Source of the DNA: Chrysemys picta bellii
Lineage: Eukaryota
Assembly: GCF_011386835.1 (NCBI RefSeq)
Contig: NC_088791.1
Span: 350,796,001 to 350,860,000 of the forward strand
Direction of reading: 5' to 3'
DNA: 64,000 nucleotides
Position numbers and translations under genes: made by a program. Of this stretch, positions 34,781-44,826 are shown piece after piece. Positions within the stretch are counted from its first letter, which is position 1, and the number at the start of each line of letters is the position of its first letter. The notes under the pieces are model-generated. The model ran no database searches, was not told the DNA's origin, and worked only from the letters and a program-made list of their open reading frames with translations.

Positions 34781-35185
34781 ATCAGGGGGTAGCCATGTTA
34801 GTCTGTATCTACAAAAACAACAAGGAGTCTGGTGGCACCTTAAAGACTAACAGATTTATTTGGGCATAAGCTTTCGTGGGTAAAAACCTCACTTCTTTGG
34901 ATGCATCTACACTTACCTCCGGGTCCGGCGGTAAGCAATCGATCTTCTGGGATCGATCCCGGAAGTGCTTGCCGTCGACGCCGGTACTCCAGCTCGGCGA
35001 GAGGAGTACACAGCATCGACGGGGGAGCCTGCCTGCCACGTCTGGACCCGCGGTAAGTTCAAACTAAGGTACTTCGAATTCAGCTACGTTATTAACGTAG
35101 CTGAATTTGCGTACCTTAGTTCGAAATGGGGGGTTAGTGTGGACCAGGCCTTAGTCTTTAAGGTGCCCCCAGACTCCTTCTTGTT
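34781..35185 (-). mobile_element. Composite insertion: Penelope pLTR (34781-34904), Harbinger-like MITE (34905-35150) and an inverted pLTR piece (35151-35185)
   Basis: A 15-bp direct repeat TATGTAATAGAGAGT flanks it (34766-34780 and 35186-35200). A 35-bp inverted repeat 34816-34850 / 35151-35185 has 2 mismatches. The MITE right end is TAGTGTGGACCAGGCC. Confidence 0.85.
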
Positions 35186-35289
35186 TATGTAATAGAGAGT
35201 GAGAGCTCAGGGACTCAGAATTATCTTCACTGACCCCAATGTTTGTTATCACTCCGGATACAGGCTTGTAACTTACCAGGAATATACAG

Positions 35290-38200
35290 ACACTTGCACA
35301 GGGAAAGGATGCAGGTTCTGTGAGGAGGCAGAATAGCCTGCAGGATGATCGAACTCTCTAGATTTTGTAAATGCTGACCAGAAAAAGCACTTCAGCTTCT
35401 CTTGGAGGAATTGTTGGGGGTCACAGTGTATCACCGGGATCATTTGGTAAGGGAAAGTTAATACAGCTCTGTTCTGATCGAATTTGCACATGTAAATATG
35501 GAGTTACAATGTAGATGTAAATGTTACTGAATTCAGAACCTGAACCTATGAATTTATCCAATGTACTGGAAAGAGGCAGTGAGATAATTTGGACTCTCAG
35601 GAGTGGACACAATAAAAAAAAAAAGTATATAATGAGGCAATGAAACATGTTTATAAATAGCTTCTATGCAGGACAGATAAATACAATGACCATTTTCACC
35701 ATGCATTTGCAATGTGTTTACACATGTCATGATACATGGGGGCACACTCAGACACGAAGGGCAAGACACTGTGTGTGCGGTAAAGTCACACTTGTAAAAT
35801 CACACAGTGCTCAAGTAGGTTATGGAACTCCCAGCCACAAGATATCAATGGTGCCAAAAACTTAGCAAGATTCAAAGAGGGATGGGATGTTCATATGGCT
35901 AAGCAGAAAATTAAATTACAATAATGAGGGTTTTTAAAAGAGTCTTCTAAGGGCTGTAAACCTTCCTGATTATACCACTAAATATGTCTCGAACTAATGG
36001 GTGTCAGACAGAAACATTTCCTGCCTATTACAGAGCTTCTTGGACAGTCCTCTCTAGCATCTGGAACTGGCCACTGGATACTGAGCTGTATGGACTACAG
36101 GTCTGATCCAGTCTGGCAATGCCTATCTTCCTATCGGTGGTGAAAATCCAAGACAACATCTTTGCTTATCTTCCTTCAGCTCCTGGGATTCTCTAGACTT
36201 CCACTAAGATCAGAAAGATGTCTAGTTAAATATCATCTAGTCTCCTATTCTTTTTCTTTTCAGGAAGGAAAGCTCAAAACTCCTCGGACGAGCCTAGTAC
36301 ATTATGTCATCTGTCAATGACACCAAATTCAACTCTGCAGTGTTCCTTCTCACCGGGATACCTGGGCAGGAAGACGCCCATCTCTGGATCTCTATCCCCT
36401 TCTGCTTAATGTACGCTATTTCAATAGTAGGAAATTCAGTCATTCTGTTCATTATAAAAACAGATCCAAGCCTCCATGAGCCCATGTACATTTTCCTTTC
36501 CATGTTGGCCGTTACAGATCTTGGCTTATCCATAGCCACCATGCCAACGATACTGGGCATATACTTGTTTAACTCTAGGGAGATCAGCCTCGATGCCTGT
36601 TTTGCCCAGGTCTTCTTCATCCACTCACTTTCATTAACTGAATCCTCCATGCTGTTACTGATGGCCTTTGACCGTTTTGTTGCAATCTGTAACCCGCTGA
36701 GATATGCTTCCATATTAACTCTTCCAAGAATAGCCAAAATGGGACTGGTGTTTGCGCTAAGAGGGGTGGTCCTAGTATTCCCAGTCCCATTTCTCCTGAA
36801 ACGGTTCCAATACTGTCGAGCCAATGTCCTCTCCCATTCCTACTGTCTGCATCAGGAGGTCATGAAGATGGCTTGTTCAGACATCACAGTCAATAGCATC
36901 TATGGCTTGTCTGTTAAACTCTTAACGGTTGGGTTGGATTCATTGCTCATCTTTCTCTCTTATGTGATGATCATCAAAACAGTGCTGAGCGTCGCGTCCC
37001 CCATAGAGTGCCTCAGGGCCCTGAACACCTGCGTCTCCCACCTCTGTGCCGTCCTGCTCTTCTTCACACCAGAAATTGGCTTGTCTGTGATACACAGATT
37101 CGGGAATAGCTCTTCTCACTTGCTTCAGATTCTCCTGGGCTATGTCTACTTGCTGGTCCCACCCCTGATGAACCCAATTGTGTACAGCGTGAAAAGCAAA
37201 CACCTTCGTGCGAGAATAATCAGGGTGTTCATCAAATAAAGAGTCAGTTCATCACCTAGATCTTGCGCTGCTGATATTGACCATGAGAAACACAGGTCAC
37301 CTATTCCTTCCTGGACACTTACATCTGAGGTGACATGAGCTACTGATCTCCACTCTGTAGTGGTTCAGGTGGGGTCTAAGTCCTTGAGCAATGTGTGGTG
37401 GCTTGTCCCCAAACACTGTTGAGGGAGGGCAGTGCATTGGTGGAAGGAAACCAAGCAGGAAGCAGCATTTAAAAATTGAATGTGGTCGAGGAGAGCCAGG
37501 GGACAGATGAGATGTTGGCTAGTAAAGAGCAGTATCGGTGGCTGCGCCAACCTCACCATTCTTGCTGATACAGTCAATAAAGAGAAGGCATGTGGACGTT
37601 GTTTCCCATTACACCTGGGCTGTAGCTGTTCTGTCTCTGGTTAAAAAACAAGGGGCCATGAAAAAAGCTGCAGAGCTGTTGTGGAGTCGCAGTCCTGGCC
37701 CTCCCTGAGCGCTAAATGTGCTGTGTGGTCCATGGGGGCTGCACCAGCTGTGGACAGGGGCTACTCAACTGCCACGGACACACACTCTTCTCCTACACCC
37801 TGAGCCAAGTGGTTGTGACTGAGTCATGTCAGAGACATGACTCACATCAGAGCCCCAAGAAAAGCCATTCACAGAACCTCCTGCAGCTCCCCCATTGATG
37901 GCTCTGCACACCACACACCTGCTGAACCACTCCCCACCGAGGCAGGGCAGAGTTGCGTGTGTGAGTGAGGGTCTGACACACAGGCGTTCTAGCAAGAGAC
38001 TCAGGCCCAGATTCCCTCCTGCTTCCCTCAGATTGTGCTGCCCCAGCAATGCAAAGGGGTGGAAATGGACTTAAACTCCCCAACAAAGATGTGGTTATCT
38101 CCTTTCCCAGTCCAGCACATTTACCATAGGGTGACCACCTCTCAAAAGGCAAAAGTGGGACACATGCAAGAGCCCTGTCCCCTCTGTGACCTCGCCCCAG

Positions 38201-38960
38201 CCACTTCTCATCCCCCTTGAGATCCCATCCCCTGCTCCTCCTCATTACCCAGGGCTCCATCCCCTGTCCAGGCTATAAGCCAGAGCCGGGCCATGATAAA
38301 AGCTGCCTGAGAGAAGCCCCCACCTTGTCTGCCCACCCCAAGGATGTTCAAACCAGGGACGCTGGTGAGCCTGGGACTCTCCTCAGTGGTTCCCTGGGCA
38401 GCTCTTACCCAAATCAAGCTCAGGCCTGATCAGGGGGGTGGCTCTACAGGGGAAGGGGAAGAGGAAGAGCAGAGGGTGGGGTCTCAGGGGAAAAGTTTGG
38501 GCAGAGGGCGGTGTCTCGAGGAAAAGGAGAAGCAGGGAATACAGCAAGCCTAAAACAATGCAGACTCCTGCAAGGAGGTTGCTGGGGTCAGGAGCTCATG
38601 AGTAAAGGAGGAAGATGGGGCCAGAAGGTAGGAGAGCCTGTGCTTTAGAGAAGACTCAATAAATGTGACCCTACAAAGGGGGTTCTTGTTTTAAGTATCC
38701 CGGGATAAGAGTAAGTCATTGCAAGGACTTTTGAGGGAAAGGCAGGGTGCCTGAATTTCTAGCTCAGACAAGTAGGGGCACTATGGGATGGCCCCAGTCT
38801 GCAGGAACTTGGCCAGAGTGTGCCATGCTCTTGGGAGCCATTACCGATGGGCGGAGGTCAGCCCAGCTCCCAGGCTGCCCTAAACTCTGCTGAGGGAAGG
38901 GGAGAATCAAATCAGGCCAGGGAATCAAACTTCTGTAACTGGCTCCTTGCCATCCCTGCT
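35290..38960 (+). repeat. Segmental duplication unit A2 (OR51 gene plus flanks)
   Basis: Colinear with 1-3760. Confidence 0.9.
36304..37239 (+). CDS. Class I olfactory receptor, family 51-like (OR51G2-like), intact, 311 aa; paralog of 973-1908
   Basis: NDT; LHEPMY; MAFDRFVAICNPLRY; HSYCLHQE; RALNTCVSH; HRFG; PPLMNPIVYSVK. No disablements. Confidence 0.97.
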   Translation: MSSVNDTKFNSAVFLLTGIPGQEDAHLWISIPFCLMYAISIVGNSVILFIIKTDPSLHEPMYIFLSMLAVTDLGLSIATMPTILGIYLFNSREISLDACFAQVFFIHSLSLTESSMLLLMAFDRFVAICNPLRYASILTLPRIAKMGLVFALRGVVLVFPVPFLLKRFQYCRANVLSHSYCLHQEVMKMACSDITVNSIYGLSVKLLTVGLDSLLIFLSYVMIIKTVLSVASPIECLRALNTCVSHLCAVLLFFTPEIGLSVIHRFGNSSSHLLQILLGYVYLLVPPLMNPIVYSVKSKHLRARIIRVFIK

Positions 38961-39293
38961 CTCTGCAGTGCATGAGGGAGCTCCTCTGGTACAGCAGAGA
39001 ATCTAGCTGGGACTGTTACAGCTCAGATGGCTGGAAGGCTGGTCCTGTAGTCTGGGTACTGCTCTGTGACTCAATAAAGCTGGGTTTGATTCCCTTGCCC
39101 TGTGTGACTGTGGGCCATTGGCTGTCTCTGGGCCTCTGCACAGGTCAATAATAGCCTTGCCATCCCTCACTGTGGTGGCAGGAGGATAAATACATTCAAG
39201 GATGTTCTGATACCCTAACATCAGGTCTATATCAGGGTCCCACAGAGCAATGCTCCTAACATTTGTCTATAAAGGCCTCTTACCACAGCCTCC

Positions 39294-40007
39294 TGTGACA
39301 GCTGGATTCTGGGAAGCCCCATGACTCCAGCACCGTGGTGTCTGTGGCACATGTGGGGGAGCTAGGGGGTGACAGTGCGGGGAAAGTAGTGGATTTCTGA
39401 GGAGAGTGTTGGAGTATCACAGGGTCACAGGGAGTTTCAGCACAGTCACTGGACTGGTGTTTGCCAGCCATTGAGGCTGAATGGGTCGAACTGCCAAATA
39501 ATGGAGCAATGGCCATGGAGGGATCATCTTAGATGGTCTGGGTGGGAGAAAGGTCTAAGGGCAAAGATCAGCTTCACACCTTGACCCTATAATACGGACA
39601 TGGCTGAGCACTATGGTGATTGTGCCCAGGCTCACTCAGGTTTCAGCAAAGGCTGCTTCCACAAGAAAGGGGCAAACAGATGGGAAGATGCTCTCAGAAA
39701 CAAAGGGAAACTAGGCTGGGACCCGAGAGTTCCTTGGCTTACTGAAAATTGGGCCAGTTCTGTTCCTCTATCTCCAGAGCGAAGCCTGTCTAACTTAGTT
39801 TAAGCGATACATGAGATGTATGAATGTACATGAGTGGAAGCTGCCTGTTATTATAAAACCATTTTCTCTAATGCTTCGTGCTGTTTGCTAATAAACCTCA
39901 TTGTTTTAAGGAGGCTGGGGGTGTCTGTGTAGCTCTGGTCACAAGCTCCCGAAGGGCAGAGACCAAGGTGTCCAGTCACTGCTGCTTGGTGATAAGCTTT
40001 TGTCATA
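39294..40007 (+). mobile_element. Possible solo LTR, about 0.7 kb
   Basis: TGTGACA...TGTCATA ends, a TATA-like site at about 39587 and AATAAA at about 39891. No TSD was found. Confidence 0.4.
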
Positions 40008-40298
40008 GATGGGATGTTGTTCCCAGCTTGAAGACTGGGACAATTGTAAGATTCTCCCCAGGACAGAAAGGACCTGGTTTAGACGATAAAGAAACCATAT
40101 ATCCCAGTTTTACTGTGACAATCCCGATTCTTCTTGGCCAACATCTATCCTTGTTGAATTCCTGTCAGCATTCAGAGGAGCAACTTGTTCAAGCTGCATC
40201 CAAGATAATGATGTGCTCAAGACAATGATTCATAGAGTCAGAGAATTTAAGGTCAGAATAAGCCTTTATATCATCTAGTTCAGACGCTCTCAAACTAG

Positions 40299-41307
40299 GT
40301 GGTGGGCCAAGCATTCTCAAAACTACGATACCCACACAAGGAAATAAAGAAACAAATCAACAGAGCCAGACGTGTACCCAGAAGCCTCCTGCTACAAGAC
40401 AGGCCCAGAAGAGAAACCAACAGAACTCCACTGGCCATCACCTACAGTCCTCAACTTAAACCTCTCCAACGCATCATCAGTGATCTACAACCCATCCTGG
40501 ACAATGATCCCTCACTTTCACAGACCTTGGGAGGCAGGCCAGTCCTCGCCCACAGACAATCTGCCAACCTTAAGCATATTCTCACCAGCAACCACGCACC
40601 GCACCATAACAACTATAACTCAGGAACCAACCCATGCAACAAACCTCGATGCCAACTCTGCCCTCATATCTACACCAGCAACACCATCACAGGACCTAAA
40701 CAGATCAGCTACAACATCACCGGCTCATTCACCTGCACGTCCACCAATGTTATATATGCCATCATATGCCAGCAATGCCCCTCTGCTATGTACATTGGCC
40801 AAACTGGACAATCACTATGCAAGAGGATAAATGGACACAAGTCAGATATCAGGAATGGCAATACACAAAAACCTGTAGGAGAACACTTCAACCTCCCTGG
40901 CCACACAATAGCAGATGTAAAGGTAGCCATCTTACAGCAACAAAACTTCAGGACCAGACTCCAAAGAGAAACTGCTGAGCTCCAGTTCATTTGCAAATTT
41001 GACACCATCAGATCAGGATTAAACAAAGACTGTGAATGGCTATCCAACTACAGAAGCAGTTTCTCCTCCCTTGGTGTTCACACCTCAACTGCTAGCAGAG
41101 CACCTCACCCTCCCTGATTGAACTAACCTCGTTATCGCCACACTGATTTATACCTGCCTCTGGAGATTTCCATTACTTGCATCTGAAGAAGTGAGGTTCT
41201 TACCCACGAAAGCTTATGCTCCCAATACTTCTGTTAGTCTCAAAGGTGCCACAGGACCCTCTGTTGCTTTTTACAGATTCAGACTAACACGGCTACCCCT
41301 CTGATAC
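40299..41307 (+). mobile_element. 5'-truncated Penelope-like element: RT thumb/linker and GIY-YIG endonuclease open for 272 codons, plus 3' pLTR
   Basis: CNKPRCQLCPH and CQQC cysteine motifs; VIYAI..MYIGQT..RINGHKS (GIY-YIG variant); ETAELQFI..GLN. The ORF has no ATG start (the track uses GTG), so it is a truncated remnant. Confidence 0.93.
41179..41219 (+). ncRNA. Minimal type I hammerhead ribozyme motif in a Penelope pLTR (core intact)
   Basis: GCAU-CUGAAGA-A-GUGAGGUUCUUACCCAC-GAAA-GCUU-AUGC, with stem I GCAU/AUGC, stem II GUG(A)GGU/ACCCAC and a palindromic helix III. It lies about 60 nt after the GIY-YIG stop, in sense. Confidence 0.72.
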
Positions 41308-41310
41308 TTA

Positions 41311-41730
41311 AGATGATTGGGGGCTGGAGTATATGGCTTATGAGGAGACGCTGTTCCATGTGGGGTCATGTAGTCTGCAGAAGAGAAGAGTGAGGGGGGA
41401 TTTGATAACAGCCTTCAACTAACTGAAGGGGGTTTCCAAAGAGAATGGAGCTTGGCTGTTCTCAGTAGTGGCAGATGATGGAACACGGAACAATGATCTC
41501 TAGTTGAAATAGGGGAGGTCTAGGTTGGATATTAGGAAAAACTATTTCCCTAGGATGATGGTGAAGCACTGGAATGGGTTACCTGGCGAGGTGGGGAATT
41601 TCCATCCTTAAACGTTTTTTAAGGCCCGGCTGGGATGATTTAGTTGGGATTGGTCCTGCTTTGAGCAGGGGGTTGGACTAGATACCTCCTGAGGTTTCTT
41701 CCAACCCTGATATTCTATGATTCTATGATT
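41311..41730 (+). mobile_element. CR1 3' fragment with tail
   Basis: Homologous to 17600-18041; ends attctatgattctatgatt. Confidence 0.88.
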
Positions 41731-42755
41731 AGCACAGCATCTTTTCTCGAGTGAGTTCTTTGCTCCTCCTGAAGCTTGGCAGTAAGGTGGGGGAATGAGG
41801 ACATGCTTTCAGAAAACAAAGGATCTGGACAGCATTGCCTGGCTGAACAGAGCCCTGCTGGGCTGCCTCTCGGTCTGATCCTGCCCCCCCCCCCCACCCA
41901 CCCACCCACTCCATGAGCAATGAGAGCTGCTCTAGCACTGGAGACAGACCTCAGACCCGGCATCCAAATTCTCATCATCACCAAGTTTGTGGACATCTGG
42001 ATCTGGGGGAGGGGGTTGTTTGACCCTATAGAGAGCTAGCAGCAGGCATTTCAAGCTGGGTTGTGACACATCCCTTACTATTAAGAATGTGCATGGCCTT
42101 GCTTACAGCATGTGCATGTCTCATGCTTGAACATGAGGAGGAGACGCTCTGTGAGCTGTCCCTCGGTTACCCAGTGACTGTGAGCCAGTTACTTATTTAT
42201 TTGGCTGGCTGTAGCCTAATCCTGTTCCTTACAACGGTGGGCTCTGTAGCCAAGGGCACAGAGAAATAGTGTCAAGGGGCCACATGGGAATCTCAGCATT
42301 CAACATAGTGGTGTGATTATGAGATGTGATTATGACATAATTATGATACCTGTGGTACAAGATATGTCTTGAGAGGTATCATTGGAAAAGTTATGGTTTG
42401 CTGAATATGATTATCCTATTGGCATGCATATATCAATTTTGCACCTGAAGTTGTGAATATTGACTATGTATCTATATTTCAAATGTGCTTACTCCGGGTA
42501 ACACCCACAACTAGCCTTTTGGGTCCAAACATGAAGAAACTAGACAGTGCTGATGGCTCATCAACAAAGATAACGGTTGCATATGAAAACGTGGTGAACT
42601 GCTTTTATCATCAGAGGGTGAGAAATTGCTTCTTCAAATCCCATCTCTCTAGTATGTTAGGCTAAGTTTAAAGTTCTGTATATTTGCTAGGAAATATGCT
42701 TTGGTCTGTTTGCTATATTTTATAATCACACAAAATTTGTGTTTCTGTAGATAAT

Positions 42756-44826
42756 ATAGTAGATCAATCTAGGTTGTATTTCCCTCGTTTGTTAATGAGA
42801 AAGTCATGCAAGACTGTATTTAAAGCCTTATTAAAGTCTAGATATACTACATCTACCGCCACCCTAGCCATACTCTGTCAAAGAAAGCTATCAGGTTGGT
42901 TTGACATGATTCATTCTTGACAAATCCATGCTGACTATTGCTTATCACCTTGTTATCTTCTAGATGTTTGCAAATGGATTCTATAATTATTATTTTAATT
43001 ATTTGCTCCATTATCTTACCGGGTACAGAAGTTAAGCTGACTGGTGTTTAATTTCCTGGATTGTCCTTATTTCCCTTTTTATAAATGGGCACTATATTTG
43101 CCCTTTTCCAGTCTTCTGGAATCTCTCCCATATTCCATGACTTTTCAAAGATAATAGCTAGAGCCTCGGATATCGCCTCAGTCAGCTCTTTTAGTATTCT
43201 AGGATCATTTCATCAGGCCCTGGGGACTTGAAGACATCTAACTTGTCTAAATATTTTTAACCTGTTCTTTCCCTATTTTAGCCTCTGATCCTATCTAATT
43301 TTCACTGGCATTCACTACATTAGGTGAAAAGTCGCAACCAGCCTTCTTGGTGAAAACTGAAACAAAGAAGTCATTAAGCACCTCTGTCATTTCCACATTT
43401 TCTGTTATTGTTCACTCCTCATTGACTAATGGGCCTATGCTATTCTTGGTCTTCCTCTTGTGTCTAATGTATTTGTAGAATGTTTTCTTATTACCCTCTA
43501 TGTCTCTAGCTAGTTTGATCTCATTTTGTACCTTAGCCTTTCTAATTTTGCCCTTACATACTTGTCTTATTTGTTTATATTCATTCTTTGTAATCTGACC
43601 GAGTTTCCACTTTTTGTATGACTCTTTTTTGATTTTTAAATCAATGAAGATCTCCTGGTTAAGCCAGGATGGTCTCTTCCATACCTCCTATCTTTTCTAC
43701 ACCATAGAATAGTGTGTTCCTCTGCAATTAACAATGTTTCTTTGAAAAACTGCTAACTGTCTTCAATTGTATTTCCTCTTAGACTTGCTTCCCATGGGAT
43801 GTTACCTACCAACTCCCTGAGATTTCTAAAGTCTGCCTTCTTGAAATTCATTGTCTTTATTTTGCTGTTCTCCCGCCTACCATTCCTTAGAATCATGAAC
43901 ATGATCACTTTCACCCAAGCTGCCTTCCACTTTCAAATACTCAATCAGTTCCTCCCTATTTGTCCAAATCAAATCTAGAGCAGCCTCTCCCCTAGTAGCT
44001 TTCTCCACCTTCTGGAATAAAAAAAATAGTCTCCAATGCATTCCAAGAACTTTTCGGATAATCTGTGCCTTGCTGTGTTATTTTCCCAGCAGATGTCTGG
44101 GTAGTTGAAGTGCCCCATCACCATCAAATCCTGTACTTTGGATGTTTTTGTTTGTTGTTTATAAAAAGGCTCATTCACCTCTTCTTCCTGGTTAGGTTGT
44201 CTATAGTAGACCCCTACAATGATAGCACCCTTGTTTTTTACCCCTTTTATCCTTACCCAGAGACTTAGTACAAGTCTGTTTCCTATTTCCATCTCAACCT
44301 CAGACCAAGTGTATACAATTTTAATATATAAGGCAACATCTTCTCCCTTTTTTCTGGCCTCTCATTCCTGAGCTAGCTAGCCGTACCCTTATATACCAAT
44401 ATTACAGTCATGTGTATTATCCCACCAAGCCTCTGTGATGCCAACTATATTATAGTTGTGTTCATTTACTAGCATTATGAATTCTTCCTGCTTATTCCCC
44501 ATACTTCTGGCATTAGTATACAGACATTTTAGATACTGATTTTACCCCACCCAGTTCTGTCTTGACCCTCTTTGATCCCTGCTATTACAGCCCATGCTCC
44601 CCCTCCCCAATTGCTGATCCTTCTCCCAGGCCTCAATGTTTTTGACTTACCTGTGGGCTTTGGTCACCTGCCCCCTTCTAACTTAGTTTAAAGTCCTCCT
44701 CACTAGGTTACCCGGTCTGTATGTATCCAAATATGCTCTTCCCTTCCTTAATAGTTGGACCCCATCTCTGCTTAACAGTCCTTCTTCCTGGAACAGCATC
44801 CCATGGTCAAGGAAGCTAAAGCCCTC
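42756..44826 (-). mobile_element. CR1 (paralog of 10970-12953 in unit B2), lacking the 3' end
   Basis: Colinear with the B1 and B3 copies and has the same 5' breakpoint (aagccctc) next to the LTR 3' part. It is preceded by an LTR 5' fragment at about 42310-42600. Confidence 0.88.

Noticed and set aside
40299-41117. 272-aa GIY-YIG ORF as a possible domesticated nuclease gene
   Set aside because: It has no ATG or splice acceptor, begins mid-protein and is followed by a normal pLTR, so it is simply a young 5'-truncated Penelope copy.
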